From NCBI GenBank assembly GCA_963666275.2, contig CAXXOA010000003.1:192001-256000 (forward strand): DNA of 64,000 bases, given 5' to 3'. A program made the position numbers and the translations under genes. The notes below the pieces were generated by a model. That model saw nothing but the letters and a program-made list of their open reading frames with translations, did no database searches and was not told where the DNA came from. This DNA comes from Oceanispirochaeta sp. Lineage in GTDB: Bacteria > Spirochaetota > Spirochaetia > DSM-2461. Positions 17,653-27,510 of the stretch are shown here, piece by piece (the stretch's first letter is position 1; the number at the start of each line of letters is the position of its first letter).

Positions 17653-18669
17653 ATGAAAAAGGGACTATGTATTCTTACCATTATGATAGTAAGTTTTATG
17701 ACAGTACCGGTTTTTGCCAATGGTACATCTGAAACGGGAGGGGAAGGATTTCCGGAAAGAACGATTGAAAATATATTTCCCTGGGGACCAGGGTCTTCCA
17801 TGTCGGTGAGCCAGATAATTGCTTCCGCCATGGGTGAGGAATTGGGGGTCTCCATAACCGTTATTTCTACACCGGGAGCTGCCGGTACAAAAGCATTCCA
17901 GACTGCAATGAATAAACCTGCTGATGGTTATACAATCATCGATGGCTATGTAGCCCCCCTTGTCCTTCAGCCGATCCTGGGTAATGCAGACTGGAGTTAC
18001 GAGGATTTCAAACCTCTCCATTCAGCTGCTTCGAATGCTTTCTCCATTGCCTGCAATATTAATGAAACCCGGTGGAATACCTTTGAAGAGATGATGGAAT
18101 ACGGGAAAGCCCACCCCGGAGAACTAAGATACTCAACCGGTTCAAGAAACAATCTGCCCCATATGGTCATCGCCAAGGTTCTGCAGTCTTATGGCGTAGT
18201 CGCTCAGCAGATCCCCTATTCTGTTGCCGGTGACTCTGACAAGGACCTCAAAGCAGGAGTGCTTGATTTCGCCTATCTCAATGTGGGGAATTACCTTACT
18301 GACAAAAAGAGCCTAAAGGTTCTTCTTGTACTGTCTGAATTGCCCGGTGCCAAAGCAACCTTCGACGGAGCACCCAGTTTTGCAGATCTCGATATAGACC
18401 TGGGACTCTCCAATCTCGGGCCCATGGGCTGGACCTGGTGGCTTGTAAGAAAAGATACACCTGATGAAGTAACCGAAATACTGAGACGCGCAATGGACAA
18501 GGTCATGATCCGGGAAGATGTGAGAACTAAAATTGAGAATCTTGGTTTTGTACCACTCGACTGGGGGGATGAAAAGTATGAATTGATTATCGGTTCCGTT
18601 CATGATCAGCTGATGACCATGGGAGATGCCCTGAAATGGGAACAGGAACAGTTAAATAAGCTGAAATAA
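17653..18669 (+). CDS. tctC: Tripartite tricarboxylate transporter (TTT) substrate-binding protein, TctC/Bug family
   Basis: Signal peptide, FPERTI..IFPWGPG, PGAAGT, KPADGYT. Confidence 0.88.
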   Translation: MKKGLCILTIMIVSFMTVPVFANGTSETGGEGFPERTIENIFPWGPGSSMSVSQIIASAMGEELGVSITVISTPGAAGTKAFQTAMNKPADGYTIIDGYVAPLVLQPILGNADWSYEDFKPLHSAASNAFSIACNINETRWNTFEEMMEYGKAHPGELRYSTGSRNNLPHMVIAKVLQSYGVVAQQIPYSVAGDSDKDLKAGVLDFAYLNVGNYLTDKKSLKVLLVLSELPGAKATFDGAPSFADLDIDLGLSNLGPMGWTWWLVRKDTPDEVTEILRRAMDKVMIREDVRTKIENLGFVPLDWGDEKYELIIGSVHDQLMTMGDALKWEQEQLNKLK

Positions 18670-18685
18670 AGGAAAGGAAGATTTT

Positions 18686-19198
18686 ATGACAAATCGTAAG
18701 CGGGCGGAATGGCTGGTGATGGTTTTTTTCGCAGCCCTGATACTATTAGTGTTTCAGCAGATAATGACTGATATGACTGAACGAGGTATTGCCAGCGGCG
18801 GACCCTATAACAATGCTGCCTCATATCCGAGGGCTGTGGCGGTAATAATAGGAATACTCTTGATTGTTCAGCTTCTCTTGCGATTTTTTTCAAAAGACAA
18901 GCGGACAGGGAATATGCGCAACAATGAAGCAATTTCAGGGATTTCCCTGTCAGGCTTGAAAAGGCCTGTACTGCTCCTGGTTATTTTCGCCGCTTACTTA
19001 TGGGCTCTTGGATTTCTGGGATATTATATTTCCACGCCTTTCATGATGATGGGGATCATATTCCTGACCGGTTTAAGAAAACCTGTTCAGATCGTTCTGT
19101 CGAGTTTTATTACCACTTTTATTCTGGCGTTTGTATTTGAGTCTTTTCTGAAGATCGTGCTTCCGGGTGGAATCTTCAGATTGAATATGCCCTGGTAG
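18686..19198 (+). CDS. tctB: TTT small membrane subunit TctB
   Basis: Four to five TM helices, YPR motif, C-terminal F...L...LP.G. Confidence 0.85.
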   Translation: MTNRKRAEWLVMVFFAALILLVFQQIMTDMTERGIASGGPYNNAASYPRAVAVIIGILLIVQLLLRFFSKDKRTGNMRNNEAISGISLSGLKRPVLLLVIFAAYLWALGFLGYYISTPFMMMGIIFLTGLRKPVQIVLSSFITTFILAFVFESFLKIVLPGGIFRLNMPW

Positions 19199-19209
19199 GA
19201 AGGATATTT

Positions 19210-20736
19210 ATGCTGCTTGGTTCATTAGGTGCGGGTTTGTCTCTGTTTTTTTCACCACTTGCGATTTCCCTTACTTTTCTGGGGGTTGTATTTGGTTTGA
19301 TCGTGGGAGCTCTTCCGGGGCTCGGACCCCTGATGGGAATAATACTGATGCTTCCTGTTGCGGTGACTCAACCTCCGGTAGCCGCAATGGGATTCTTAAT
19401 TGCCATATTTGTGGGAGGCTCCTGCGGGGGATCCATTTCAGCGATACTGCTGAGAATTCCGGGAACTCCTCTTGCGGCGGCCACCCTTCTTGACGGATAT
19501 CCCATGGCTGAAAAAGGAAGAGCTGCTGATGCCGTGGGAATCGCCATTTCAGCATCTTCCATAGGAGGTCTGCTCGGGGGAGTGATCCTGATTCTGTTTG
19601 CACCGATGCTTGCCAGGTTTGCCAGCCGTTTTGCTCCTCCCGAATATGCTGCACTGGCTGTAACAGGTTTGATCGCCATATCCGTAATATCAAAAGGATC
19701 CCTCATAAAGGGGCTTTTGTCAGGATGTCTGGGACTTCTTCTTGCAACAATAGGTACGGATGAGTTTTCAACAGGGTACCGTTTCACATTCGGGTCCTAC
19801 AACATGCTCAATGGATTTCATATTGTCGCCGTTGTGGTTGGTCTCTTCGCAATCTCGGAGATGGTTTTTCAGATCATGGGAAACGATCTTAATAAGAAAC
19901 CGGATATCAGTGTCTTTAAAGCCAGTTTCAGATCTGTACTGATTGTACTGAAGCATTGGGGAAATCTTATCCGCTCATCCGTCATTGGAGCTTTTTTCGG
20001 TTCCCTGCCGGGGGCGGGCGGAGTCATCAGTTCCTTTACAGCCTACGCCCTGTCCAAGGCTCTGGCCAAACCGGATGAACACTATGGAGAAGGCGAAGAA
20101 GGAGGCGTCGTCACAACAGAGAGTGCTAACAATGCCACAGTGGGAGGAACTCTCATACCGACCCTGGCTCTGGGAATCCCCGGCGATGCCACTTCGGCTG
20201 TACTGCTGGGGGCTCTGCTGATTCTCGGTTTTTTCCCGGGGCCCACACTGTTTGAGTATCACCAGGAAATTGTAGGGGGAATATTCCTTGTCTACCTGTC
20301 ATCAAATCTTTTTCTGCTTATTGTTGGAATCTTTGCGACGCCTCTTTTTATCTATGTGCTCAGAATCAGGAAATCCTATTTGATTCCTACAGTTTTACTT
20401 TTATGCGCTATAGGGACATTTGCCCTCCAGGCCTCTGTTTTTGATCTCTGGGTGATGCTGGCATTCGGCCTTTTGGGAATACTGTTTCGTATTGCCAGGT
20501 TTCCCCTTGCTCCCATAGTCATTGGAACGATTCTCGGCCCCCTGCTTGAAAACAATTTCAGGCGCTCTCTTCTTCTATCCGAAGATGGGATAAAGATCTT
20601 TCTTCAGAGACCTGTATCGGTTATCCTCATAATTATTAATTTGCTTATGTTTGCCGGTTCCCTGTGGTTTACTCTGCGGCATAAAAATGAGAGCGATAAA
20701 AAAATAAAAGAAGCACCGGCAGGAATTGAAGGGTAG
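19210..20736 (+). CDS. tctA: TTT large membrane subunit TctA
   Basis: GALPGLG, GGSISAILLRIPGTP..AAT.LDGYPM, ESANNA, LGIPGD. Confidence 0.93.
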   Translation: MLLGSLGAGLSLFFSPLAISLTFLGVVFGLIVGALPGLGPLMGIILMLPVAVTQPPVAAMGFLIAIFVGGSCGGSISAILLRIPGTPLAAATLLDGYPMAEKGRAADAVGIAISASSIGGLLGGVILILFAPMLARFASRFAPPEYAALAVTGLIAISVISKGSLIKGLLSGCLGLLLATIGTDEFSTGYRFTFGSYNMLNGFHIVAVVVGLFAISEMVFQIMGNDLNKKPDISVFKASFRSVLIVLKHWGNLIRSSVIGAFFGSLPGAGGVISSFTAYALSKALAKPDEHYGEGEEGGVVTTESANNATVGGTLIPTLALGIPGDATSAVLLGALLILGFFPGPTLFEYHQEIVGGIFLVYLSSNLFLLIVGIFATPLFIYVLRIRKSYLIPTVLLLCAIGTFALQASVFDLWVMLAFGLLGILFRIARFPLAPIVIGTILGPLLENNFRRSLLLSEDGIKIFLQRPVSVILIIINLLMFAGSLWFTLRHKNESDKKIKEAPAGIEG

Positions 20737-20739
20737 TCT

Positions 20740-21951
20740 ATGTTCAGGAAATTCAGTGAAATCAATGAGTTCAGGGTTACGGAAAAATCTGTATACCTTC
20801 TAATCCATCAGAAAGGACCGATTGCAAAGAGCGCCATAGTAAAGGAGCTCGGTGGATCTCTCACAAATATTAACCGGTTTATTGCGGAACTGGAAAAAAC
20901 TGAATTGATTACAGGGAGCAAAGGAAGCGGAAGAAAGGCGGGTGAATATACCATCAATCCAGATGCGGCATATTCCATCGGAGCCTATCTGAACGGTGAT
21001 GTCATCGGTATAGGCCTCTGTAATATAGGAGGGCAGGTTCTTGAATCGGTGGAAGAACTCTATTGTGATTTTAAAACTCCCGAGAAAGTTATAGGTTTTT
21101 TTGCTGAGACCTGGAAACAGCTTATCAGTCACATTGATAAAGAAAAGTTACTCGGTACGGGAGTTGCCGCGGTCGGACCACTGGATAATGACTGCAGAAC
21201 GATTCTTGTCCCCGAACAGCTTTCCGGTTGGAGAAATGTGCCTATAGCCGATATGTTTGAGAGTAGAATACAATCGCCGGTCAATATCGATTATTTTGCA
21301 GAAACGATTCTGATGGGTGAATTACTCTTTCAGAAACATGATCTGAACAAGGACATAGGCCTGCTATGGCTGGATGCAGGCATCGGTCAATCCCTTTACA
21401 ACAGGGGGAAGTCGAATCAGTATCATCGGGATCAGAGTTTTTTACTGGCCCATCAGGTTATCAATTTTCTGGGAATGCCCTGTGTTTGCGGCCGACGCGG
21501 ATGTCTTCACACCTATGGAACAATTTCCTCATTAAGAAGAAATCTGGAGCCCTTTATAGAATCCCATAATGATATGAATGATGAGGATGAACAGAAATTC
21601 AGAGAAGATCCCTGGCAGTACTCATCGGATTTCGAAAGGATACTAAAAGCGATTGAATCCAGTCAGAATAAACCCCAGATAGATTACATCCTTGAGGAGA
21701 TGAAAGAGGCCTATCTCGCAGCCCTTGGAAATTACATCTACCTGTTAAGGCCGGAAGAGCTGATTTTCTGCGGTAAAATGGCATTCAGATTCAGGGATAT
21801 GTTTGAGGATATTCTCAGGAAAATAGGACACAACTCGGGATACTACCCGAAAACGGAACTCTCAACTTCCTGGATGCCTCTTGGAAGTGAGAAGATGATT
21901 CAGGGCGGAGCTGCCCTCGTATTCAATAAATATATGAATTTTACCGTATAA
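20740..21951 (+). CDS. ROK-family transcriptional regulator
   Basis: N-terminal wHTH with GRK, ROK fold, GIG, C.CGRRGCL. Confidence 0.87.
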   Translation: MFRKFSEINEFRVTEKSVYLLIHQKGPIAKSAIVKELGGSLTNINRFIAELEKTELITGSKGSGRKAGEYTINPDAAYSIGAYLNGDVIGIGLCNIGGQVLESVEELYCDFKTPEKVIGFFAETWKQLISHIDKEKLLGTGVAAVGPLDNDCRTILVPEQLSGWRNVPIADMFESRIQSPVNIDYFAETILMGELLFQKHDLNKDIGLLWLDAGIGQSLYNRGKSNQYHRDQSFLLAHQVINFLGMPCVCGRRGCLHTYGTISSLRRNLEPFIESHNDMNDEDEQKFREDPWQYSSDFERILKAIESSQNKPQIDYILEEMKEAYLAALGNYIYLLRPEELIFCGKMAFRFRDMFEDILRKIGHNSGYYPKTELSTSWMPLGSEKMIQGGAALVFNKYMNFTV

Positions 21952-21969
21952 ACCCGGAGACAGTTAAAG

Positions 21970-23466
21970 ATGAAGACAATAGTAATTCTCAATGACAGCG
22001 TTAACAGACGCTATCTGAAAACATATAACAGTAATGCTCAGACAATTACACCGAATATTGAGCGGCTTCAGAGTCGGTCCTGCATATTCGATAATCACTG
22101 GACAGGATCGGCACCTTGTATGCCTGCGCGAAGAGACATGTTTACGGGCCGGCTGAATTTTCTGGAAAGGAACTGGGGGCCGGTGGAACCCTTTGACTGT
22201 ATGCTGCCGGAGCTGCTGAGAAAACATAAGGTACGCTCCCATATGGTTACGGATCACTTTCACTATCTGGAGCTTGGGGGCGGTGGATACTGCCAGTCCT
22301 TTGATACCTGGGAATGCTTCAGGGGGCAGGAGCATGACAGTCTTGAGTGGACGGATCCGGGATTTTCAACTCCCCCGTACAAAGGCCGTTTCAATGAATA
22401 CTACTATGAGAACAGCAAGGGTTTTAAAGAGGATTCCGATTTTACCACCCCCCGGACTTTTCAATCCGCCGCCAGATGGCTTGAAAGGCATGGTGACGAA
22501 GATGATTACATGCTCTGGATTGAGGGATTCGATCCCCACGAACCCTTTGATACTCCAAAGGAATTTCTTGATCTTTACGATGATACCTACGAGGGGGATC
22601 AATTTATCTGGCCCGAGTATGCCCCCTTTACAGGAACGGAAGAGGAACTGAAACATATCAGGAACAGGTATGCCGCCACCATCTCCATGACGGATAAATG
22701 GATAGGTAAAATACTGGATATCTGTGATCGCCAGTCCCGATGGGATGATACTCTGATTATTTTTACCACTGACCATGGTTATATGCTGGGAGAACACGGG
22801 TTAATGGCCAAGAACTATATGCCAGCTTACAATGAGGTCTTTCATATCCCCCTGTTCGTTCATGTTCCGGGCCAGAATTCTGAAAAACGGATTTCAGCAC
22901 TTACCCAGAATATTGATTTATTTCCAACCATTGCTTCCTACCATGGTATCCAGGAAGACGAACTGCCTGATACCACTCAGGGTAAAAACCTGTTACCCCT
23001 CATAAGCGGGAGTAAAGATTCATTGCGGGATTATGTATTGTACGGACTTTTCGGGCAGAGTCTAAATATTACAGATGGCAGGTACAGCTATTTCAAATGC
23101 CCTGCCAGGGAGGATAATCAGCCTCTCAATATATACACTTCCATGCCTGTTACTTTAAATCAGTATATGGGAGGAGAAAATATCAGAAAGGCAGACAAGA
23201 TAGATATGGGACGTTTTTTATCCTGGACAGATTACCCGGTTTATTCCATTCCAGCCAATGATTTTCTCTGGAAAAATGAGTCCCAGCGGTTTGATAAAAG
23301 AACGATTTATCACAGTGCCAATCATCTGTTTGATCTTGAAAACGATTATGAGCAGAACAGGGAGTTAGATAATCCGGAAATTGAAGCCCGTATGGAGGAG
23401 CTTATGAAAAGGGCTCTTATGGAGTACGGCAGTCCCGGGGATCAATTTGAAAGGCTTGGATTCTGA
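21970..23466 (+). CDS. Cys-type sulfatase
   Basis: CMPARR (CxPxR) motif, FDPHEPF, TTDHG..LGEHG. Confidence 0.92.
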   Translation: MKTIVILNDSVNRRYLKTYNSNAQTITPNIERLQSRSCIFDNHWTGSAPCMPARRDMFTGRLNFLERNWGPVEPFDCMLPELLRKHKVRSHMVTDHFHYLELGGGGYCQSFDTWECFRGQEHDSLEWTDPGFSTPPYKGRFNEYYYENSKGFKEDSDFTTPRTFQSAARWLERHGDEDDYMLWIEGFDPHEPFDTPKEFLDLYDDTYEGDQFIWPEYAPFTGTEEELKHIRNRYAATISMTDKWIGKILDICDRQSRWDDTLIIFTTDHGYMLGEHGLMAKNYMPAYNEVFHIPLFVHVPGQNSEKRISALTQNIDLFPTIASYHGIQEDELPDTTQGKNLLPLISGSKDSLRDYVLYGLFGQSLNITDGRYSYFKCPAREDNQPLNIYTSMPVTLNQYMGGENIRKADKIDMGRFLSWTDYPVYSIPANDFLWKNESQRFDKRTIYHSANHLFDLENDYEQNRELDNPEIEARMEELMKRALMEYGSPGDQFERLGF

Positions 23467-23810
23467 TTTAAACATATAAATGCAGCATCCTGAAACCTAT
23501 TTCTTATATAAGAGACTTCTGCTCGGAAAGCAGAAGCCATTTTAGGAAAAACAGGTTCATTCGATTGTGATGGGGAGCCTTTTATAGGCGGGAGAACGTC
23601 CCTGTTTAGACTGCTCAGATAGAGGAGAACTCTTAGAATGCTCCCCCCTGTCTTAGCGGTCTACAGGAGGTTCAGATCGCCATTCCCGTCGGCAAAACTT
23701 GTGAAGGCAGCTCCTATATCTTTCAGGGAAAATTGATTTCTCGCAATAACACATGTTAAATATGACTAAAAAAGTTATATTTAAAGGATACTCATCTCAA
23801 GGAGCGTCCT

Positions 23811-25685
23811 GTGAACAAATTTTCCGCGATATTTCTCCTTCTTTTAATGCCTGTTCTATCGTTATGGGCTTCAGAGGATTTTCAGGTTCAGAAATATTCA
23901 ATCACCCTGGATTCTGAGCCCATGGCTTTGGACGGGTATCTCGGTTACTACCTTTACAGTGCGCCTCTGGGGCGGGATGAAGTGGTTATGGGCTGGGATC
24001 ATTACACCGATGCCCATATCAGAATCTACAACGAGGATTTTTCAGATTACCGGAAGGAATTTGTTATTGAGGATCATGTTCTTCAGGACATTGAAACCAC
24101 CGAAGACGGCAGCATTCTGGTTTTAGCTGTTTATCACCCGGATGCTTCGCTGTCTCTTGCCAATGCGTTTAAAAGTCCCCTTCCTATGGATCTGATCAAA
24201 TATGACCGGAACGGCAGAAAAATATTTCAGACGAGAATCACAGGAGGAGAGGGCATTAGCGAAGGAAAAACCTGGTATGCCTGGATGCCCTCTATAGCCT
24301 CTGCCGATGTGAAACAGGGGAAAAACGGCAATTACGGCGTCTTTCTTGAGGTCAGTCATAATTTCGGAGCAACCGGTACCCACCAGACAGACCTCTTTGT
24401 TATGGTGGATAAAAACGGAAATATCATCGAGAACTCCAGACAGTTTCAGACTGTCTCCCACAGCAATGAGCTGCATCTTCTGGCAGGGGAAAAAGACAAT
24501 GAGTTTGTCTCCATCACCGTAGGAGATATGTATCCCTTCGGCTTTACTTTCATCAATCGACTGAGCGGTGAATATGAAGTGATCTGGCCGGTGACGGATA
24601 AAGATGATCTGCAAAGGATGAAAGACAGCAATCAATACACCACAGGCGCCGGCGGGATAGAACGTTTTATGAACTGGGGAAATGAGTACGTGGCTGTTAC
24701 AACAACGGCGCTCCCCCGGGATCTGCCCATAGACTATATGGCGGGAGACCCCTATGGAATCCTCCTGCTCAATATGAACAGGGAAGGTGAGGTTCTTACG
24801 AAATCCTGGTTGAAACAGAGCAGTGCAGATATCGATAAAGCCTTTGCCGCCCCCCGGGGGGAGTCTATTCTGACAGGCTGGGTTCAGTACGATGATGAAT
24901 TAGAGGGGCTAGGGGTCCCTGCGCTTATGGAAGTTGACCGGAAAGGGAATATTCTGGCAGGCCCCCAAAGGGTGGAGGATGCGGAAATTTACTACCACAG
25001 TTACTTTTTTAATCTCCCTTCCGGGGATGTGGCCTGGACTGTAATGAAAAACGCTTCGACAGTGGATATATACAGGGTGAAAGGACGCAGATCAGCTTCT
25101 CCCGTGGCCGCAGCGGCAGACTGGGATGACGGGACAATCCTATTCTGGAAGGACAATCAGTTCTCCCTCTACGACTTCCCGGCCTCAAAAACAGTTTCCG
25201 GCCTGCCCCTCCCGCTGAACTCAGGAACCTGGCCCGGTCACCCGGGGGTATTTCCCGATGCGGTTCTTAATTATAAAAATGGAGATGCCTATCTGTTTTC
25301 CGGGGCCCAATATTACCGTATGGACATAAAAAACGGGAGTGTATACAGCGGAGGCCCCGGCGATATTTCCCGGGACTGGCCGGGGGTTAGCTTTCCCGCC
25401 ATAGACGGGGCCTTCAGAACTGGGGATAAAATCTACCTGTTTTACGGAAACCAGTATATCCGGTTCAACGGGAGGACCAACCAGGCGGACCGGGGCTATC
25501 CCAAAACCATCAATCCCTATACCTGGCCCGGTTTGGGGTTCTCCAGTATAGATGCGGTTTTTGAAAGGAACGGGAAAGCCTACTTTTTTTCTGGGGATGA
25601 ATATGTCCGTTTTGATATAGCCCTGGACAGAGCGGATGACGGATATCCCCAAAAGATACAGGATGGTTTTCCCGGCATATTCTAG
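23811..25685 (+). CDS. Secreted protein with C-terminal hemopexin repeats
   Basis: Signal peptide. Four repeats of IDAAF..GK.YFF.G..Y.R.D......GYPK.I...WPG type. Confidence 0.8.
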   Translation: MNKFSAIFLLLLMPVLSLWASEDFQVQKYSITLDSEPMALDGYLGYYLYSAPLGRDEVVMGWDHYTDAHIRIYNEDFSDYRKEFVIEDHVLQDIETTEDGSILVLAVYHPDASLSLANAFKSPLPMDLIKYDRNGRKIFQTRITGGEGISEGKTWYAWMPSIASADVKQGKNGNYGVFLEVSHNFGATGTHQTDLFVMVDKNGNIIENSRQFQTVSHSNELHLLAGEKDNEFVSITVGDMYPFGFTFINRLSGEYEVIWPVTDKDDLQRMKDSNQYTTGAGGIERFMNWGNEYVAVTTTALPRDLPIDYMAGDPYGILLLNMNREGEVLTKSWLKQSSADIDKAFAAPRGESILTGWVQYDDELEGLGVPALMEVDRKGNILAGPQRVEDAEIYYHSYFFNLPSGDVAWTVMKNASTVDIYRVKGRRSASPVAAAADWDDGTILFWKDNQFSLYDFPASKTVSGLPLPLNSGTWPGHPGVFPDAVLNYKNGDAYLFSGAQYYRMDIKNGSVYSGGPGDISRDWPGVSFPAIDGAFRTGDKIYLFYGNQYIRFNGRTNQADRGYPKTINPYTWPGLGFSSIDAVFERNGKAYFFSGDEYVRFDIALDRADDGYPQKIQDGFPGIF

Positions 25686-25830
25686 GGGGGCGTTTCCCTG
25701 TTTTTTCTGTATCCGCCGGGCCCTGCAGGGGGGTCTGCCTGAATAGCAAAGGTGTATAGAGCCGGTACAGGGGGGGACAGGCCCTGCAGGAGAAGCCTAT
25801 GGGAAGGCTCTCCGGCAGGGGAAAGGAAAG

Positions 25831-27312
25831 CTAGTACAGATTGTTCATATAGAGAGTGGTACTCCCGGCAGAGGAGTCCGTTTTTCCTGTTACCAGAAGA
25901 TCCAGGTCTCCGTCGCCGTCCACATCGGCTACACTGATAGAGCCTCTACATAGTTCTGTCAGTCCTGCCTGGGCGTCAGCGAAGTTTCCCTGTCCGTCGT
26001 TAATGTAGAGGGTTGTTTTATTACCGCTGCTGGAATAGCCTGATAGAACCAGATCCATGTCTCCATCACCATCGATGTCGGCAAAGGCGCTGGCGCTGTA
26101 CATAAGAGCTTTCAGTCCCACCGTGGATTTTGCAAAGATCCCGCTGCCGCCGTTGATGTAAAGACTTGTGAATTCATCGTTTGAAGAATCACCGGAGATC
26201 AGAAGGTCAAGATCTCCGTCTCCGTCGATATCGGCAAAGTTGCTGGTAGAAAGAACCACGCCTTCCAAACCGGCCGAAGCATCGGAGAAGTTACCGGAAC
26301 CGTCATTATAGTAAAGTGTTGTATACCTATAGGCCATTTCGTTTCCGGAAGTAACAAGGTCCAGATCACCATCGCCGTCCACATCGCCCAGGCTGATGGA
26401 TCCGTTCCCAGCTCCTACCAGTGCGGCCCCGCTGTCGGTGAATGCTCCGCTGCCGATGTTTAAATAGAGCCTGGTGATCCAATTCAAATTACTTCCTTCA
26501 TATCCGCTGATAACCAGATCCTGATCACCGTCTCCATCCACATCGCCAAAACTGCTGGAGCTGACATTCAAATCTATTATCCCTGCGGAGCTGTCTGTGA
26601 AATAGCCGTGCCCGTCGTTACTGTAGAGAACTGTTCTAAATGAACTGGTGCTAATAGCTCCGGCTATAAGAAGGTCCTGGTCGCCGTCGCCGTCCACATC
26701 GGCAAAGCGGCTGGTGCTGTAATGCACTCCCGTCAGTTCCTGGTCGTTGTAGAAGTTACCCTTTCCGTCGTTGCAGTAGAGGATGGCTGTATATCCGTTC
26801 CGGGTGTCCCCCGTGATGATCAGATCACTGTCGCCGTCGCCGTCTACATCGGCAAAGTCACTGGAGCTCTCATACACGCCCTGCAGGGGCCTGTCGTGGG
26901 GGGTGAACAGGCTCGTATAGTCGATGTCCCACATGGCATAGAGGGTCACCGCCGCCGCGCCCATGGTAAACGTGTCTCCGGCGGCGTAGGCTGTACCGCT
27001 GCCGTCGGCTTTTGTATTCCATCCCCTGAAGCTGTGGGCAGTGCGGGTCAGGGAGCCTGTGTTGTCCTGTACGGTGACTGTCTCTCCTGCACTGTAGTTT
27101 CGGCTCTCCCGGGGGACAGTGCCTTCGGTGGCACTGTTTCCATTGTAGCTTACAGTGAAGGTCGTACTGTCGGAATTCGTTGAACTCGTCGTCTCCTCTA
27201 GAATCTCATCGTCAATATCGGTGGTGCCGTTGGGGCAGCCTGTCAGAATCAGTCCGACCAGAAGTATGAGGACGCATGCGGCTGTCCGGAGTCTTCCTGT
27301 TGCTTTTGTCAT
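25831..27312 (-). CDS. Lipoprotein with InlB B-repeat and FG-GAP/VCBS beta-propeller repeats
   Basis: Lipobox LTGC, GWNT.ADGSGT.Y repeat, seven FADVDGDGD.DL repeats. Confidence 0.88.
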   Translation of the reverse strand: MTKATGRLRTAACVLILLVGLILTGCPNGTTDIDDEILEETTSSTNSDSTTFTVSYNGNSATEGTVPRESRNYSAGETVTVQDNTGSLTRTAHSFRGWNTKADGSGTAYAAGDTFTMGAAAVTLYAMWDIDYTSLFTPHDRPLQGVYESSSDFADVDGDGDSDLIITGDTRNGYTAILYCNDGKGNFYNDQELTGVHYSTSRFADVDGDGDQDLLIAGAISTSSFRTVLYSNDGHGYFTDSSAGIIDLNVSSSSFGDVDGDGDQDLVISGYEGSNLNWITRLYLNIGSGAFTDSGAALVGAGNGSISLGDVDGDGDLDLVTSGNEMAYRYTTLYYNDGSGNFSDASAGLEGVVLSTSNFADIDGDGDLDLLISGDSSNDEFTSLYINGGSGIFAKSTVGLKALMYSASAFADIDGDGDMDLVLSGYSSSGNKTTLYINDGQGNFADAQAGLTELCRGSISVADVDGDGDLDLLVTGKTDSSAGSTTLYMNNLY

Positions 27313-27370
27313 AAAAACCTCTTTCTTTGTCCGGGATTTTTATGACAATGTGCCGTATTTTCCTTTTCCG

Positions 27371-27401
27371 GTCGTCCAGAAACGTGTTTTAGGACTTTTT
27401 T
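27371..27401. promoter_or_regulatory. 31 bp conserved upstream element, copy 1 (identical to 29038-29068)
   Basis: GTCGTCCAGAAACGTGTTTTAGGACTTTTTT, containing imperfect palindrome GTCCagAAAC-gt-GTTTtaGGAC, about 58 bp upstream of both FG-GAP starts. Confidence 0.6.
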
Positions 27402-27510
27402 TTGTGTAAAAGAGCCTTGAGACAGGCAATTGAGAGGTTCTGAGAGCCCGTATCAGACGGGACAGGCCGGGAAATCAGGCAGAACCTGATCCCCGGCAGG
27501 GCGATACCGG

